A stretch of 57,615 nucleotides of DNA, filler included, from Dugesia japonica (Eukaryota): the NCBI GenBank assembly GCA_001938525.1. It is 4 parts of 4 records of this genome, joined end to end, with 100 filler letters (N's around TTAATTAATTAA, not from the genome) between each part and the next. Parts side by side here need not be neighbours in the genome. Positions count along the whole stretch, not along the records: positions 1 to 21,661 come from MQRL01635282.1; 3 more parts are not named here. One strand, 5' to 3'. This document shows, piece after piece, positions 1-12,198 of the stretch. The number at the start of each line of letters is the position of its first letter. The first letter of the stretch is position 1. A program made the position numbers and the translations under genes. The notes beneath the pieces are model-generated. The model saw nothing but the letters and a program-made list of their open reading frames with translations. It had not been told where the DNA came from and searched no databases.

Positions 1-64
<64 letters not shown>

Positions 65-70
65 GTTGTT
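1..70. repeat. (TTA)n microsatellite grading into (TTG)n
   Basis: Direct trinucleotide run. Confidence 0.95.
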
Positions 71-379
71 GTGAGATATGTATTGTATTATATTATTGTG
101 TAAGACTGCCAAATACATAATATTCTAACATTGATCTTGATTTATTTGATGTAGCAAATTTGACATAGGTATTTCATAACTGATTAATGCGTGTTTGGTG
201 TGTAGTGTTCGAACATTATTATTAAGAATTTGAGTTGAAAGTGAGCCGATCAAAACTGTACTAATAAAAATAATTGATTTATTTTATTGAACTAAATGCT
301 GTTAACGATTTTTCTAAAAATATACAGTAAAATAATTTTTGGTTTTTCTAACAATATTCTTTTCCGCATAGTTTTACAT

Positions 380-520
380 GAAGAAGTATATACCAAACAA
401 GAATATTTTTGCGTTAAGTGAGGCTGTTCCATTTTATCATCAAAACTCAAAAAATCATAGCGGGGGTTTTCAACAACAATGCTCCATCAAAACCAACAAA
501 TAAATATGGTTTACACGCTT
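380..520 (+). mobile_element. Degenerate piggyBac-like transposase fragment
   Basis: Broken frames read YIPNKNIFALSEAVPFY and PSKPTNKYGL, resembling the piggyBac IDE-xxPF / PxKPxKYG region. Confidence 0.4.
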
Positions 521-784
521 TTAGAAAACATGATTACTTGGTTAAAAACTAATAGCGTCTTGGATAAAAGAAACGATTTGAAGACCAAAGGTTAAAAGCA
601 TTAGTAAATAAAGGCTCATATTAAAGTCAATATGATCTAGTAAAATCATAAAATGCTTGTCGATCATCGATAGCTTGATATTTAAAGCTATGGGTATAGT
701 TAACAAGCAAGAAAAATAGATCTTTACAAATGTAACCTGAGAGACGTTAAAGTACGCAAGGTTACTAGATAAATTTTGCATGCT

Positions 785-900
785 CAGAAAAAAGAATAGG
801 TTTTTTATCTAATTGTTAAGGATGACAGAAAATGGATCTATTACGACAATGGTCAATGCAGGAAAACAAATTATAACATTGACCGACCTTCCAAAGCAAC
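785..900 (+). mobile_element. Mariner transposase remnant
   Basis: gat gac aga aaa tgg atc tat tac gac aat = DDRKWIYYDN, a decayed (TG)DEKWIYYDN motif. Confidence 0.55.
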
Positions 901-2769
901 TCGGTATTAGGAGATAAACTCAACTCGAGATTAGGCTCAAGATTGTCTTGCTTTAGCCATTTTCAGAGGCTCGAGAATCGATGCTATTTTAATTATTTTT
1001 CTAAGTGATTTACAGCTCAAAATAAATGAAAGTTCCATATTTTTAAAGTTTTAATCAATTTACGATTTAAGGAGATTTGATTTATATTTGTTCAAATATT
1101 AGATGAATTTCTTTAATTTATAAATATAGATATTATTTTTATTCTATAAATAGTTAATTATTCGTTACAAGAAGATATCTCAACATCAATGTTCACCAAG
1201 AAAACTTAGACGTTTTCATTTTAAGACTTGCAGGAATACGTAGAAGTTGCTATGTGGAAAAAATGGTAGCGACCTTACAGAAACATTTTGAGTAGATATA
1301 CATGAGCGCATTACTCCCTCGTCCTCCCCGCCGTCGACTGTTTTTTAAAATTTGACTATTTCGGTGTTTTTGACATGCATGACTTTGATTGGACGTTACG
1401 AATACATGAAAAACGTATTTTGGAATTCGGGTTGGAACGGTAGAAATTTAGCTCGGGAAGGTTGAATTTCTAAAATTTGTTTGTTAAATTTTTCGGTCAA
1501 ATTTTCGTATGATTTTGAATTCGGTATTGTTCGTCTTAAAATTGAAAGGCGAACATTTTGTATATAAGGTTTCCAATATAAATATGCTTGGTTTTCTGGA
1601 ATAAGGTATGAGCGCACAGGAACAGTTGACCTTGTTCTTTAGATTTCTCGACTAGAACGTATCGGATCGCTTTGTAAATGGTATTATTCGATTCAAAATA
1701 AAACTCTAAACACATTTTGTTTGTTTTAAAAATATTTTTAGTTCAAAAGATAGAAAATTCCCACGTGGCTATGTCTCAACGAGGATAGAAAATTATCTTT
1801 TCTGTAAAATACTTAGGTTAGTCAAACAAATTGGGTATTTTTAAACTCAGAATAAAAATCTGAACATATTTTACACAGTGTTTATTGGATAAATATACAT
1901 GGTTCTCAAAATAATATATAATTATATAATTAATTAAATCAATATTAAATGTTATTATTAAATTATAATTATAATTAAAATAATAATAAGTTTTAAAATA
2001 TTTTTAGACCATTAAACTTAGAATAAAAAACTGANNNNNNNNNNNNNNNNNNNNNNNNNNNNNNNNNNNNNNNNNNNNNNNNNNTTTAAAATATTTTTAG
2101 ACCATTAAACTTAGAATAAAAAACTGAACATTTTGTATATAAGGTTTGCTGTAAAAAACTAATTTTATTTCATGTGTTAATTTTAATTCATTTTTATTAA
2201 ATTTCAAAATTTTACATTTTATTCTAAATTCAAAATTTTTCCAGTAAATGACAAATTTTAATTATTTTTATGATATAAATTTTAATTTACTTTTAAAAAT
2301 AAGCATTAAAATTTTAACAAACTATTTACATTGAAAAACTGAAAATAATAATATTACATTGATCAAAAATTAAAACCATTAAAATATTTCTATGGTAACA
2401 CATGTAAAATTTTAATTTTCAAAAATTTATAAATTTACAAAATAAAAACATAAATTTAAATTTTAAAAGTTTTATAATTACAATTATTGTGAGAATAATT
2501 GTTATACTTAACCATTGATCATATTTGAGATTTCATTAAAATAAGAAAACACTTCGATCGAAATAAAATTTTTTTGTAAAAAGGTTCAAATTTTCGACAA
2601 TAGTCTTCTTCAGGAACATGTTGGCTTAATACATATTTTTCTAAACGTAATTAGGTTAGATTAGATTAATAGACTAAAATTATTGTAATAAATTAAATAA
2701 TTTACTGGAATTGACTGATTTGAGCATATAAAATTACAAAATACTATCTGTGTGGTGTTAATTAATGTT

Positions 2770-3075
2770 CATTGGTTTACAATGTACACTACTTTACTAT
2801 ATCTACTAACTTAATGTATTCATTTGCATACTAAAACTATTTGTTTACTGTATCACATAAGTTTACTATTTCACTTTGGTTAACTATATCCTATTGGTTT
2901 TTCCGTAGTTTTCACACTGGTTTACTGAAATAAAAGGATTTTACTGTGCCACATTAGCATTATTGAGGATTACTGTATAACTCGTGAGTTTTACTGTATC
3001 AGATTGGTTTTATGTGCCTGTTTGCTTACTCTATCCCCTTGTTTACTCTATTTACTCACTTTCTATATCCTTGCT
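2770..3075 (+). repeat. Degenerate ~19-bp minisatellite (core GGTTTACTGTATC)
   Basis: Recurring tttactg/tttacta units about every 19 nt. Confidence 0.7.
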
Positions 3076-3279
3076 AAAATCTGTAAAATTTATAAATTAA
3101 GGAAATTAATGTAAATTTAATAAATGTTAATAAACTGGTCTATATTTTAATCATACATTTTAAATTAATTACTTAGGAACTTAGCAATATTTTCAGTAAA
3201 TATATATGAATGTATAAATTTCTGTTGTGGAAAAACAATTTTGACTTGAAAAATAACAAAATAATATCTCAATGTACAA

Positions 3280-3400
3280 TAGATGGTGACAGTTTGCACA
3301 CAGAGGATCACAATTCGTACATAGGTAATCGTAATTTACGCATAAGTGGTTACAATTTACTCATAGCTTGATTCCATTTACACACAGATAGTTACAATTT
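3280..3400 (+). repeat. Degenerate ~21-bp minisatellite (ATAG-TGGTTACAATTTACAC)
   Basis: About six diverged tandem units. Confidence 0.7.
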
Positions 3401-4735
3401 TAATTCAAAATGTAATCAAAATGTATGGAGAGAAGTTATCAACTGAAAAATGAATAAAGTGATAAACAATTCATTGAACTATGGATATTTCTACAGAAAA
3501 CTCTAGATAAAATGTTCAGAACTTATTTTGAATTGAATGCAGTCGTTTATATGATCATACGATAAATTTTGATTCAGAAATTTATAAAAAAAGTCAAAGT
3601 GTTCCTGTGCGTTTATACCTTTATTTTGGAAACTAAAAATATTCATTTAACAAAGCATACGTGAAAAATGTTTAGGTTTTAATTTTGAGTTCAACAATAT
3701 CAAATTTGTTATTTTATCTTAAGTATTTCTTGAATAAATAATTTTTCATCTTCAGTGTGACATGGTACCTGGGAATTTTCTATCTTTTGAACTAAAAATA
3801 TTTTTACAACAAACCCTATACAAGATATGTTTAGAATTTTATTTTGAATAGAATAATACCATTTACAAAGCGATCCGATATGTTTTGGTTGAGAAATCTA
3901 AAGAACAAGGTCACCTGTTCCGGTGCGCTCATACCTTTTCCTAGAGAACCAAACATATTCATATTTGAAACCCTATATACAAAATACTTGCCTTTTAAAT
4001 CTAAGACGATCAATACCAAACCTAAAATCATACAATAAAATTTACCGAAAAATTTATAAAAACAAATTTTAGAAATTCAACCTTCCCGAGCTAAATTTCG
4101 ACCGTTCCAACTCGAATTTCAAAAAACATTTCATGTATTCGTAACGTCCAATTAAAATCATACACGTCAAAAACACCGAAACAGTCAAAGTTTTAAAAAC
4201 AGTCGACGGTGGGGGGCAGGGTGGTACTGTTCCCGTGCGCTCATATCTACCTACTATCTAGAGTCTTTGTATATTTCATCTCAACGTGACATTAATGCGT
4301 CACAAGAAGATGTTGATAGTCTCATATTTTAATTTGGAATAAAAAATCCTGCCATTTATCAAGTATGCTTTTCAAGTAATATCTTGACTTTTACTATTAT
4401 TTACGATTATTAATATGATTTATGATCCGCCAAAGTTGCAAAGATGTCCTTTTAACAAGCATTTATCGAAAATTAGTTCAAAAGATAAAACTGTAGTAAA
4501 TGGTCTTTTCGAAAAGATTGACAACATGTTACAAAACAACGATATATCTTTTATTAACGCAAAAGAAACAGATAAAAATAGCTAAATGAATAACAAGAAA
4601 TATTTAATAACAGCAATTAACAATATTAGAGAATACAATTAGTCTGATATGGAAATTCAAAACTATAAAAGATTTTTTAGCTTTGTTTGGTACTTTTAGT
4701 TTTTATATTAACTTTTAATATTTTTATTAACGGTA

Positions 4736-6747
4736 AAGTAAAACCTGCGAAAGCCGGAATTGGAAAGAACTGAAAAACCTGGTTTTTTCCGCGTTAAACA
4801 GTTTTTCAACCTTAAGAAGTTAAGTAAAAATTTACTTGCATTGCGTAATAGTTACGCAATATTTAATAAAATTCAATCCGTAATATAGTTTTTCAATTAT
4901 ACTTTTTACCACACATTTTATTACGGAAAAGAAAAATTAAATAAATAAAAATATCAGAGCAATTAATTAATTCTTTTTTTATAAAAAAACTTCTCTAGTT
5001 TAGTTTGTCGTTTCAATATTGATGTTTTCGGCAAATCATCGTAAATTTGAAGATGGCATTGTTCAATGGTATCTAACATACAAAGGTTGCCATTTAATTT
5101 TGAGTAAGCCTTGAGTATTTTGAAAGATGAAATTAGTTTACTTGAACTTGGTATTTTTAATTCTTTTCAATGATTATCTCTTCGTCTGAGTCTTCTTCCA
5201 CAGGAACAAAATCTTCGATATCTGCGTTGTCACATTCTGTGAAGACATAATTATCAATATCCACATAATCAGATGCTTTTATTAACTGAGATTCGCCATC
5301 TGCAACTGATGATAACGATTCTACAATTAATAACTGTAGTTCGTTCAAGTTATTTCCCACAAGAAATGGTTCAAATTCTATTGGAAAATCAGATTTCTTA
5401 GATGCATTTTTAACAGAACTCGTAGATATTTCTTTTAAAGCAATTGTTAAAATGGTTATGGCATCCAATAAAGTAATATTCTTAACAAACTCTGATGAAT
5501 TTTCAANNNAATTCATGGATACAATTACTTTTTTAACATCAATTTTCTATATATTGCCTTCATACAACGAATGATTCCATTATTCAAAGGCTGCAAGCTC
5601 AAAGTACAGTTCGGAGGAATATAATCAATTTTAATATTCAACAAATTTACTTTTGGATGACACGTTGCATTATCTATGAATAATAAGATTTTCTATTTTC
5701 TCGAATCATCTCTTGATTTAATTTCTGCAAATATTATATAAATATAGCAGATGTCATCCATGCTTTTCCGTTTGCTTTGTAATAAACCGGAAGTTGTTGT
5801 TTGGTTATATTTTTAAAGCATCTGGAAATCTTAATTTTTCCAATTACTAACGGTTTACGGATACTTCCATCAGCAAAAGCTGTTAATAAAATAGACACAC
5901 GTTCCTTCGATTTTTTCCTCCGTGACATTTTTCTCCTTTTAGATGCAGTGTTTTAGAAGGCATTAATCTAAAGAAAAGTGTGGTTTCATCACCATTTGCA
6001 ATGTTTCGAGTTTCATAATTCATTAATTTTTCAGGTAAAGTAGACTTCCAGTTTGAGATCACATCGCGATCTAAATCAAAAGACTCACTGCATAACATTT
6101 GAAATTAGATTTGTTTGTTTATCTTAAAACTTTCCAACCAGCAATTGAAAGCACAAAAAGTGTTAATTTTCATTGCTTCAGCAAGTTGCATAGCTGTTTC
6201 TTTCAATATTGGACCCCTTACTGCTACATGTTTAGATGTTGTAGCACAAAACCATTCAAAAATAGCTTCATTTAATTCTTTATGAACCTCTTTCAGTAAT
6301 TCTTTCTTTGATGAATTTATATTACTCTCCATACTCTTCATTATTGCATCCTGGTTTTTATTGTCATCGTATATTTGACTTTTGGCGCATTTAAAAAATG
6401 TGGCTACTTCATTAATCTTCTTCTTTTCATTTATCATCATATTGATTGCTTCATTCTTCTGTTTCATAGATAAATTATTAATATTTCCAAATCTAAAAGA
6501 CATTGTACTAAAATTTGAAATTTTTGTCAAATAACAGGAATATTTAAACAAAAAATTTCCTCTTTTGACAGGCTATATACTCATGAAAATTATTGAATTT
6601 CATAAAATTTATTCCGTCTTCCACGTCTGGCAGTATTCCGGCATCCATTTAGTAATTATTTCTGAAAGGGACTTGTAAAAATTTGGATTTTCCGTTATAT
6701 ACAGGTTTTCCACCTTAAACAAGTTCCAGCTTTCAGAGGTTTCACTG
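4736..6747 (-). mobile_element. Full-length but inactive Tigger/pogo transposon
   Basis: TA-flanked TIRs (aAGTAAAACCTgcGAAAGCcGGAA and the reverse complement of CAGTGAAACCTCTGAAAGCTGGAA) enclose a fragmented transposase. Confidence 0.85.
5157..6551 (-). pseudogene. Tigger/pogo transposase pseudogene (CENP-B-type HTH plus DDE_1)
   Basis: Motifs ELNEAIFEWF...GPILKE...WLESFK, NGDETTLFF, KERVSILL...KPLVIGK, KAWMT, LFIDNATCHP and PPNCTLSLQPLN (third D changed to N); stops and frameshifts throughout. Confidence 0.9.
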
Positions 6748-9700
6748 TATAAATAAAATACAAATTAAACTAACAAGATTTATTAGATATCATTCTCTCA
6801 GCAGTTGATTACTAAAACATCTCTTTATTCGGATGCATTGGTATTTCACATATATTACGATTTGTATTGCACAATGACTTACATTTTCCTAATTAATTAG
6901 TTCAAATATGATAATATATTATCAACATATCCTTGATAATGTACATTCTAGAATCCTAGTATTACAACTTTACCATTGGCAAATACATAAACACAGGGTT
7001 ATATTTTGTTCGCAGTAATGCAGGAAATTATTCAGGTTCATAGATACGCTTGGTTATTCTTGCTAATGTATACATATTAATTGATTGCAATGATAAATGA
7101 TTATAATCAAATATTTTCAATATCATATTGCAGTATACCCATCTCTATTCATTTGTAAAACCCTATTTTTCTATAATTTATCCGCTTTTATTTATGTTTA
7201 ACTTTTAAGTTCGAATATATTTATTTTATTTTATAAATAATAAATTTAATCTAGCCTTATTTATTCTTATTAATAAGTTCTTTATTTATTTAAGTGTACT
7301 AAAATCGATCAAGTATAATAAATATTTAATTAAAATTTTTAACTATAATTTATATGTAGCGGATATTAAAATATTTTTTTAGTTTAATTTTTATAAATAA
7401 GAACTAATTCGATGTATATATTTTTATAGTCAAATATAATAAATGTTTAGGTTATTAAATCCAGGATGATTGTTTCGCAGTTAAGCCTAAATATGGCATC
7501 ACATAAAAAATTTTACAAAAAATATTTAATTAAACCGGTAAAAAAATATTTTTTTTATCGTTTACCAGTAAAATTGAATTGGCGGTAAATTGCAATCCCT
7601 ATTTTATATGAAATATATTTAAATTTAATTATTAATTTTATTTCTGTAAAGGATAAAAATGATAAAAGTTAAATATCTAATTAAATAAATTTGAAATTTG
7701 CGCGAGCGACGCTCTTGACAAATGCTCCAATGTTCAGCCGTTGTAACGCTACTGATTTCAACATACAAGGTGTAATATAATTAAAAAGTATTTTCGAAGA
7801 TGACAGTTAATCTGTTGAAACATGAACCTGTTTTATACGATAATAACCCCTGGATTTATTTTATTAGATTTATTAATTATATTCAAAACCTTACTATAAA
7901 ACAGATTTAAATTTTTTGTGTTTTAAGGCGAAATTGATTAAAGTCAAATTTGTTTTTAAAATTTATATAAGAAGAATAAAATATAAAAGTAAAAAAATAA
8001 AATTACGTAAAAAAGTTTTGTTTCTAATATATTCATACACCTTTTCAACTTTTGCATGACATAATAATTTATGTATTTCTTCTATTGTTTTATGTAATTT
8101 GTCATATGGAATTTTCATTTTCTTGTTCAATTCTGTTTCCTCAGAAATGTTGGTATGATCTTCTTTTTCCTTTGAAATTATGTTCAGTATTCTAGTTTTA
8201 ATCTTCACTTTCTTGGCATCTTTACGTGACATTTGACATTGTACACATACCACCCATCTTAGTCTAGATAATATATCTGCATTAGCATGTTGAATTCTTT
8301 TTCTATATTCCAAAACCATATCTAAAGTGCTCAGATAATTAATCTATGTTTGGATTTGTAAGTTAATTTAAATTAAGAGTAAGAAATTTAGAGATTTAAG
8401 AGTAAATCTTGTACCGTACAAGTAATGTTTGAAGTGCATACAGAAATAATAAACAGCTAATTACTCTTTACGTGTAATGCAGTATCCCTTTTCATGACCT
8501 AATATTGAGTGTGATACATAGGTAACAACTCTTTCTCTTCCTTTCTTATCTCTCTGTGACAATACGTCTCCAATTGTATCAAATCTGGCATCTGTATCTA
8601 ATATAAATTCTTTGATTATGTCTGCAAAACACACTATTGGTGCCGACATTAGAGATTTCTTCAGATCCTCAAAAGAATCGTTTATTTCATCTGTCCATTC
8701 TAATTTTTTGTTGCTTGGTCTACTATACAACTGCTCTGATATCTTTGACTTTCTTACGCAGTTTTCTATAAACGTTCTGTAATAATTACAAATTCCTAAG
8801 AAACTTCGTAACTTCTTCACACAGTTAGGTTTGCCAAATGTTCTTATTTCTTCTATTTTAGACGGATCAGTTCTAATACCATCCTTGCTAATTATATGTC
8901 CAAGAAACGTGATTTTGCTTTGAAGAAACTGATACTTTTCTGGTTTAACTCTTAAACCAGCCTTCATTATTTCCATGAATACTTTTTCAATGACTTTTCA
9001 GAATGTCATCAAGATAAACCAAGATTCAGCTAGCACTTTTGTCATCATCTCCTGAAATGTCCCTCGTGTTGCTGCGATGCCAAATAGCAATCTTTTAAAA
9101 CAATATTGTCCGTGTTTCGTTGAAAACGCCGTTATTTCTTGAGATTCTTCTTCGAGCTCTACCTGATAATATGCATTTCCAAAATCTATTGAACTGAAAT
9201 ATTTGGCTTCATCTAACTTGTTCAGCATTTGATCGACATTAGGCATAGGAAAGGCTTGTCTTTTTGTTACTGCATTCAATTGTCTGAAATCTAAACTTAT
9301 TCTTGTGTCTTTCTTTTCCTTTTTTAAACACAGATTAGTGGAGTATTTCATGGAGAGTTGAATTTCCGGATAATATTATTCTCGAAAAGGTTTTGGATAG
9401 CTTCTTCAATTTTAGATTCTAAGTTCATTGGTTGTCTATACGGTTTTACATTGATTGGTTCATCACTTGTGATTATTTTGTGTCTTCTGAGATGTTTGCA
9501 TCCTATATCCCATTTATCTGCCATAAGCGAATCTTCTTTACTTCCAATTATTTTTAATAACCGTCAATCGTCTTTAATTTTCAAAGTATTTAAGACTTTT
9601 GCCAATCGCTCTCAGCTTTTTAATTTGTCTACCAAATTCTCTTCAATATTACAAATTATAACTTTCAACTTTTTCATCCGTTTTGCTATCAACCTTTCGC

Positions 9701-11192
9701 ATAAGTTGATATCCAAAAATCTTCTGCATATCTATTCCTCATATCAGATCTTTTGTCACTCTTTCAGTAACTAAGAAAGTAATATCTTTGCTAACTTCAT
9801 CAATTATCACTCCAGTTCACCCAACAATTTTAAATTTACTATTATTTGCACAACGCAATCTTTCATCATTCATTTCTAAATTTACTTCTCGTAATTTTAT
9901 TAAAACGACTCAAGCTCATCACGTTAATTTGAGCCCCTGTATCTAATAGACATTCAACTTTTTTTCCTTGAATTGATATCGTAACACTTAGTTTGCCTTG
10001 CAATTTATGGTACAAAATATTTATTTTCTGTTCTGCTTCAACTATTCTAACCTATTATACTTTTTTCTCATCCAAAAAACTTTCACTCTTTAAGAACCTG
10101 TATATTTTTTCTGTAACCTTTCCGATATCATCTCATTTTTCGACCCCTTGAGTATAATTATTAACTTCATTTCACAATGGATAACTCCAACCAACTCCTC
10201 TACTAGTGAAGCCCTGCTTTTGGGTACTGACCTTTGAAATTACTTTAATATACTTCCACATATCCATCGTTTGTATTGGTATATTTAACGGTTTCTTTAT
10301 TTTTTCTGCAGTCATAAATTTCTCACTTGTTCTTTTCATTTTCAAGTTTGTGTGGCACTCGTCTGCTCTATGTCCGCCATTACCACATTGTTTACACCTC
10401 ATCTATTGACATAACCCTTTAATATGGCCAACCTTTTCACAACCAAAACATTTTGTTGGTTCTTTATTTCAACAGTCTCGACTTATATGTCATGTTTTAT
10501 GACAAGTCCAACAATGTACCACTTTTTTTATCGGACAATTTGCCTTAGTATGACCGATATTATGAAATAACTAACATTCGATATTTTGTTTTTCCTTTCT
10601 TTGCTCTACATGTCTTTTCATTGTATGATTTACAGGATTCTGATATTTTCGATTTGTAACTCTCGCGTAACTTTTAACTGCATCTACTCAATTTCTGTTT
10701 TTCTCTACTCGATTTACTAAAGTCATTGTTTCTTCAATTTTTTCTATATTCTGTCGTTTTGGCAAAGTTACTTCTTTTTCAACTTTGTGTTATCTGAACA
10801 AACAACTAGCATCTTTGCTACCATTTTTCATCAGTAACCTCTTTTTTGTAAATAGTCTTTGCACTAAATCTTTCAAATTTTTAAAATAAACTTGAATCTT
10901 TTCATTTCCACACCTGCAGTTAATCAAATTTTGAAAGTCTTTGATAACATCTTTCTCTTTCTCAAATGCTATACGTAAACGAGTCTGAAAACCTTCAACT
11001 TTTTTCAATGTCTTTACATATTCTTCCAACAAATCTTCATTTAGCAAACAAGAGACTAAACTCTCCTGTTGCTTCATCTAAGTAATGTTTTTAACTTCAA
11101 AATACACTTCGCACCACTTGATAAATTTGTCAATATCATTTCCTCTGTAGAACATCTTTGGCAATAAACCCTCTGTAATAGAATCAGTATTT

Positions 11193-11205
11193 ACCGCTGC
11201 CACCA
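11193..11205 (-). promoter_or_regulatory. Primer-binding site of copy A (TGGTGGCAGCGGT, tRNA-Leu-like)
   Basis: Directly follows the LTR end ...ATAACA. It is complementary to the metazoan tRNA-Leu(AAG/TAG) 3' end ACCGCTGCCACCA as recalled. Confidence 0.75.
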
Positions 11206-11392
11206 TGTTATGTAAATCTTCAATTGGTAATTCATTTTGCAAATTACAATTATTATTTGAGACATCATTTATTTTACTACTACAACCATGTTTCAAAAGA
11301 TAAATAATATTGAAATGCAATAATTTCAATATTAATATTCAGATAACTCAATTTTTATTCGAAGAGATTATTAATTAATAATTATTTCAACA
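11206..11392 (-). repeat. 5' LTR of copy A (~187 bp, TGTT...AACA)
   Basis: Homologous to the 3' LTR at 43911-44097 (shared aaatcttcaattggtaattcattttgcaaat). Confidence 0.75.
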
Positions 11393-11475
11393 TAATTTCC
11401 ATTAACATTACAACTGATATCATGACTTAACCTGCTTTATGAACATCATTATAATAATTTTAATTACTATTTTTC

Positions 11476-12115
11476 TTAATTACCACTTTTCACTATTCTA
11501 CTGGCTTTTTTGAGAAGATCGTCGAAATTTTGGTAATCGGCCAAACAGAGAGATGCCCTAATGTTTTGATAAACTCTTATTAAAAATTGATCCTGTAAAA
11601 TGTTTTTGATATGATCTTCCCAATTTTCACGTAAATCAAAAGCCTTCTCTGGCAATGTACTTAATTCAAAAGCAAACTCGCTTACTGATTCATTTTCATT
11701 TTGAATTCTGTTATAAAACCGTTCCCTCATAATTCTTTCAACATCTGCACGAACCAATTTATCAGCTAAGGCATCCTGGCAGTGCGCCCATATATCTAAT
11801 TGTGCTGTATTAAGCTGACAGTAAGTATCTTTGACTGCTCTTTTCAAATATAATGGTAACTTTGTCACCACGATTACATTTTGCCATCCATAAGCCTTAC
11901 TGTACATATAGTAAAATCTCATAAAAATCAACTAAATTGGTTGCATCTCCTACATACTGCGAAACTGGTAACTTTTGGCAACTTTTTTCACGATTATTAT
12001 CATTATCATCACAATTCAAATTATTTGCCATATCTACTTCTTCAATTTTTATTACTCTATTTCTCAAATTATATTGCCAACTTTCGACAATTTTATTTCT
12101 CCTTTCTCTGGACAC
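11476..12115 (-). pseudogene. Frameshifted retrotransposon gag (capsid) of a TGTTGGGG/CCCCAACA-ended LTR element
   Basis: KLPLYLKRAVKDTY...RERFYNRIQNENESVSEFAFELSTL...LQDQFL is Retrotrans_gag-like, and lies downstream of an LTR end and PBS. Confidence 0.75.
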
Positions 12116-12160
12116 TTGAAATAATTTTAAATATCCTCGAAAAGTTGAAATTCGCTCTCA

Positions 12161-12198
12161 GTTTTGAATCTCGTCGGGCTCACTAAATTATGTTGGGG
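12161..12198 (-). promoter_or_regulatory. LTR 3' end (CCCCAACA) plus PBS-like tract
   Basis: The minus strand reads CCCCAACA-TAATT-TAGTGAGCCCGACGAGATTC. The plus strand GTTtTGAATCTCGTCGGGCTCACtA resembles a tRNA T-arm/acceptor 3' end. Confidence 0.6.

Larger units (their letters stand above)
1291..4251. mobile_element. Non-autonomous foldback/long-TIR DNA transposon (~480-bp imperfect TIRs at ~1291-1775 and ~3760-4251)
   Basis: The two arms are reverse complements along their length (e.g. ttggacgttacgaatacatgaaa vs tttcatgtattcgtaacgtccaa). There is no transposase, and the interior holds minisatellites. Confidence 0.85.
7990..11392 (-). mobile_element. Ty3/Gypsy LTR retrotransposon copy A (5' LTR, PBS, gag, PR, RT, RH, start of IN; 3' truncated and decayed)
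   Basis: CLLDTGAQIN protease; LDFRQLN, FSSIDFGNAYYQV and TFLGHIIS RT; FILDTDA RNase H; HANADILSR; integrase His region. Domain order is Gypsy. Confidence 0.92.

Noticed and set aside
1992-2127. Direct repeat flanking a gap
   Set aside because: Typical contig-overlap artefact on either side of Ns; a similar case occurs at ~48550-48606.
1396-4038. ORFs 1396-1617, 3831-4031 and 3844-4038
   Set aside because: Chance frames within the TIR arms; not conserved between the arms.
6780-7480. Possible upstream TBC exons (e.g. ISFSQQLITKTSLYSDAL, LLNPG*)
   Set aside because: Phase or stop conflicts, no TBC motif, and separated from the gene by two spacers.
12161-12185. tRNA gene
   Set aside because: Only a 3'-end-like tract is present; it is better explained as a PBS.
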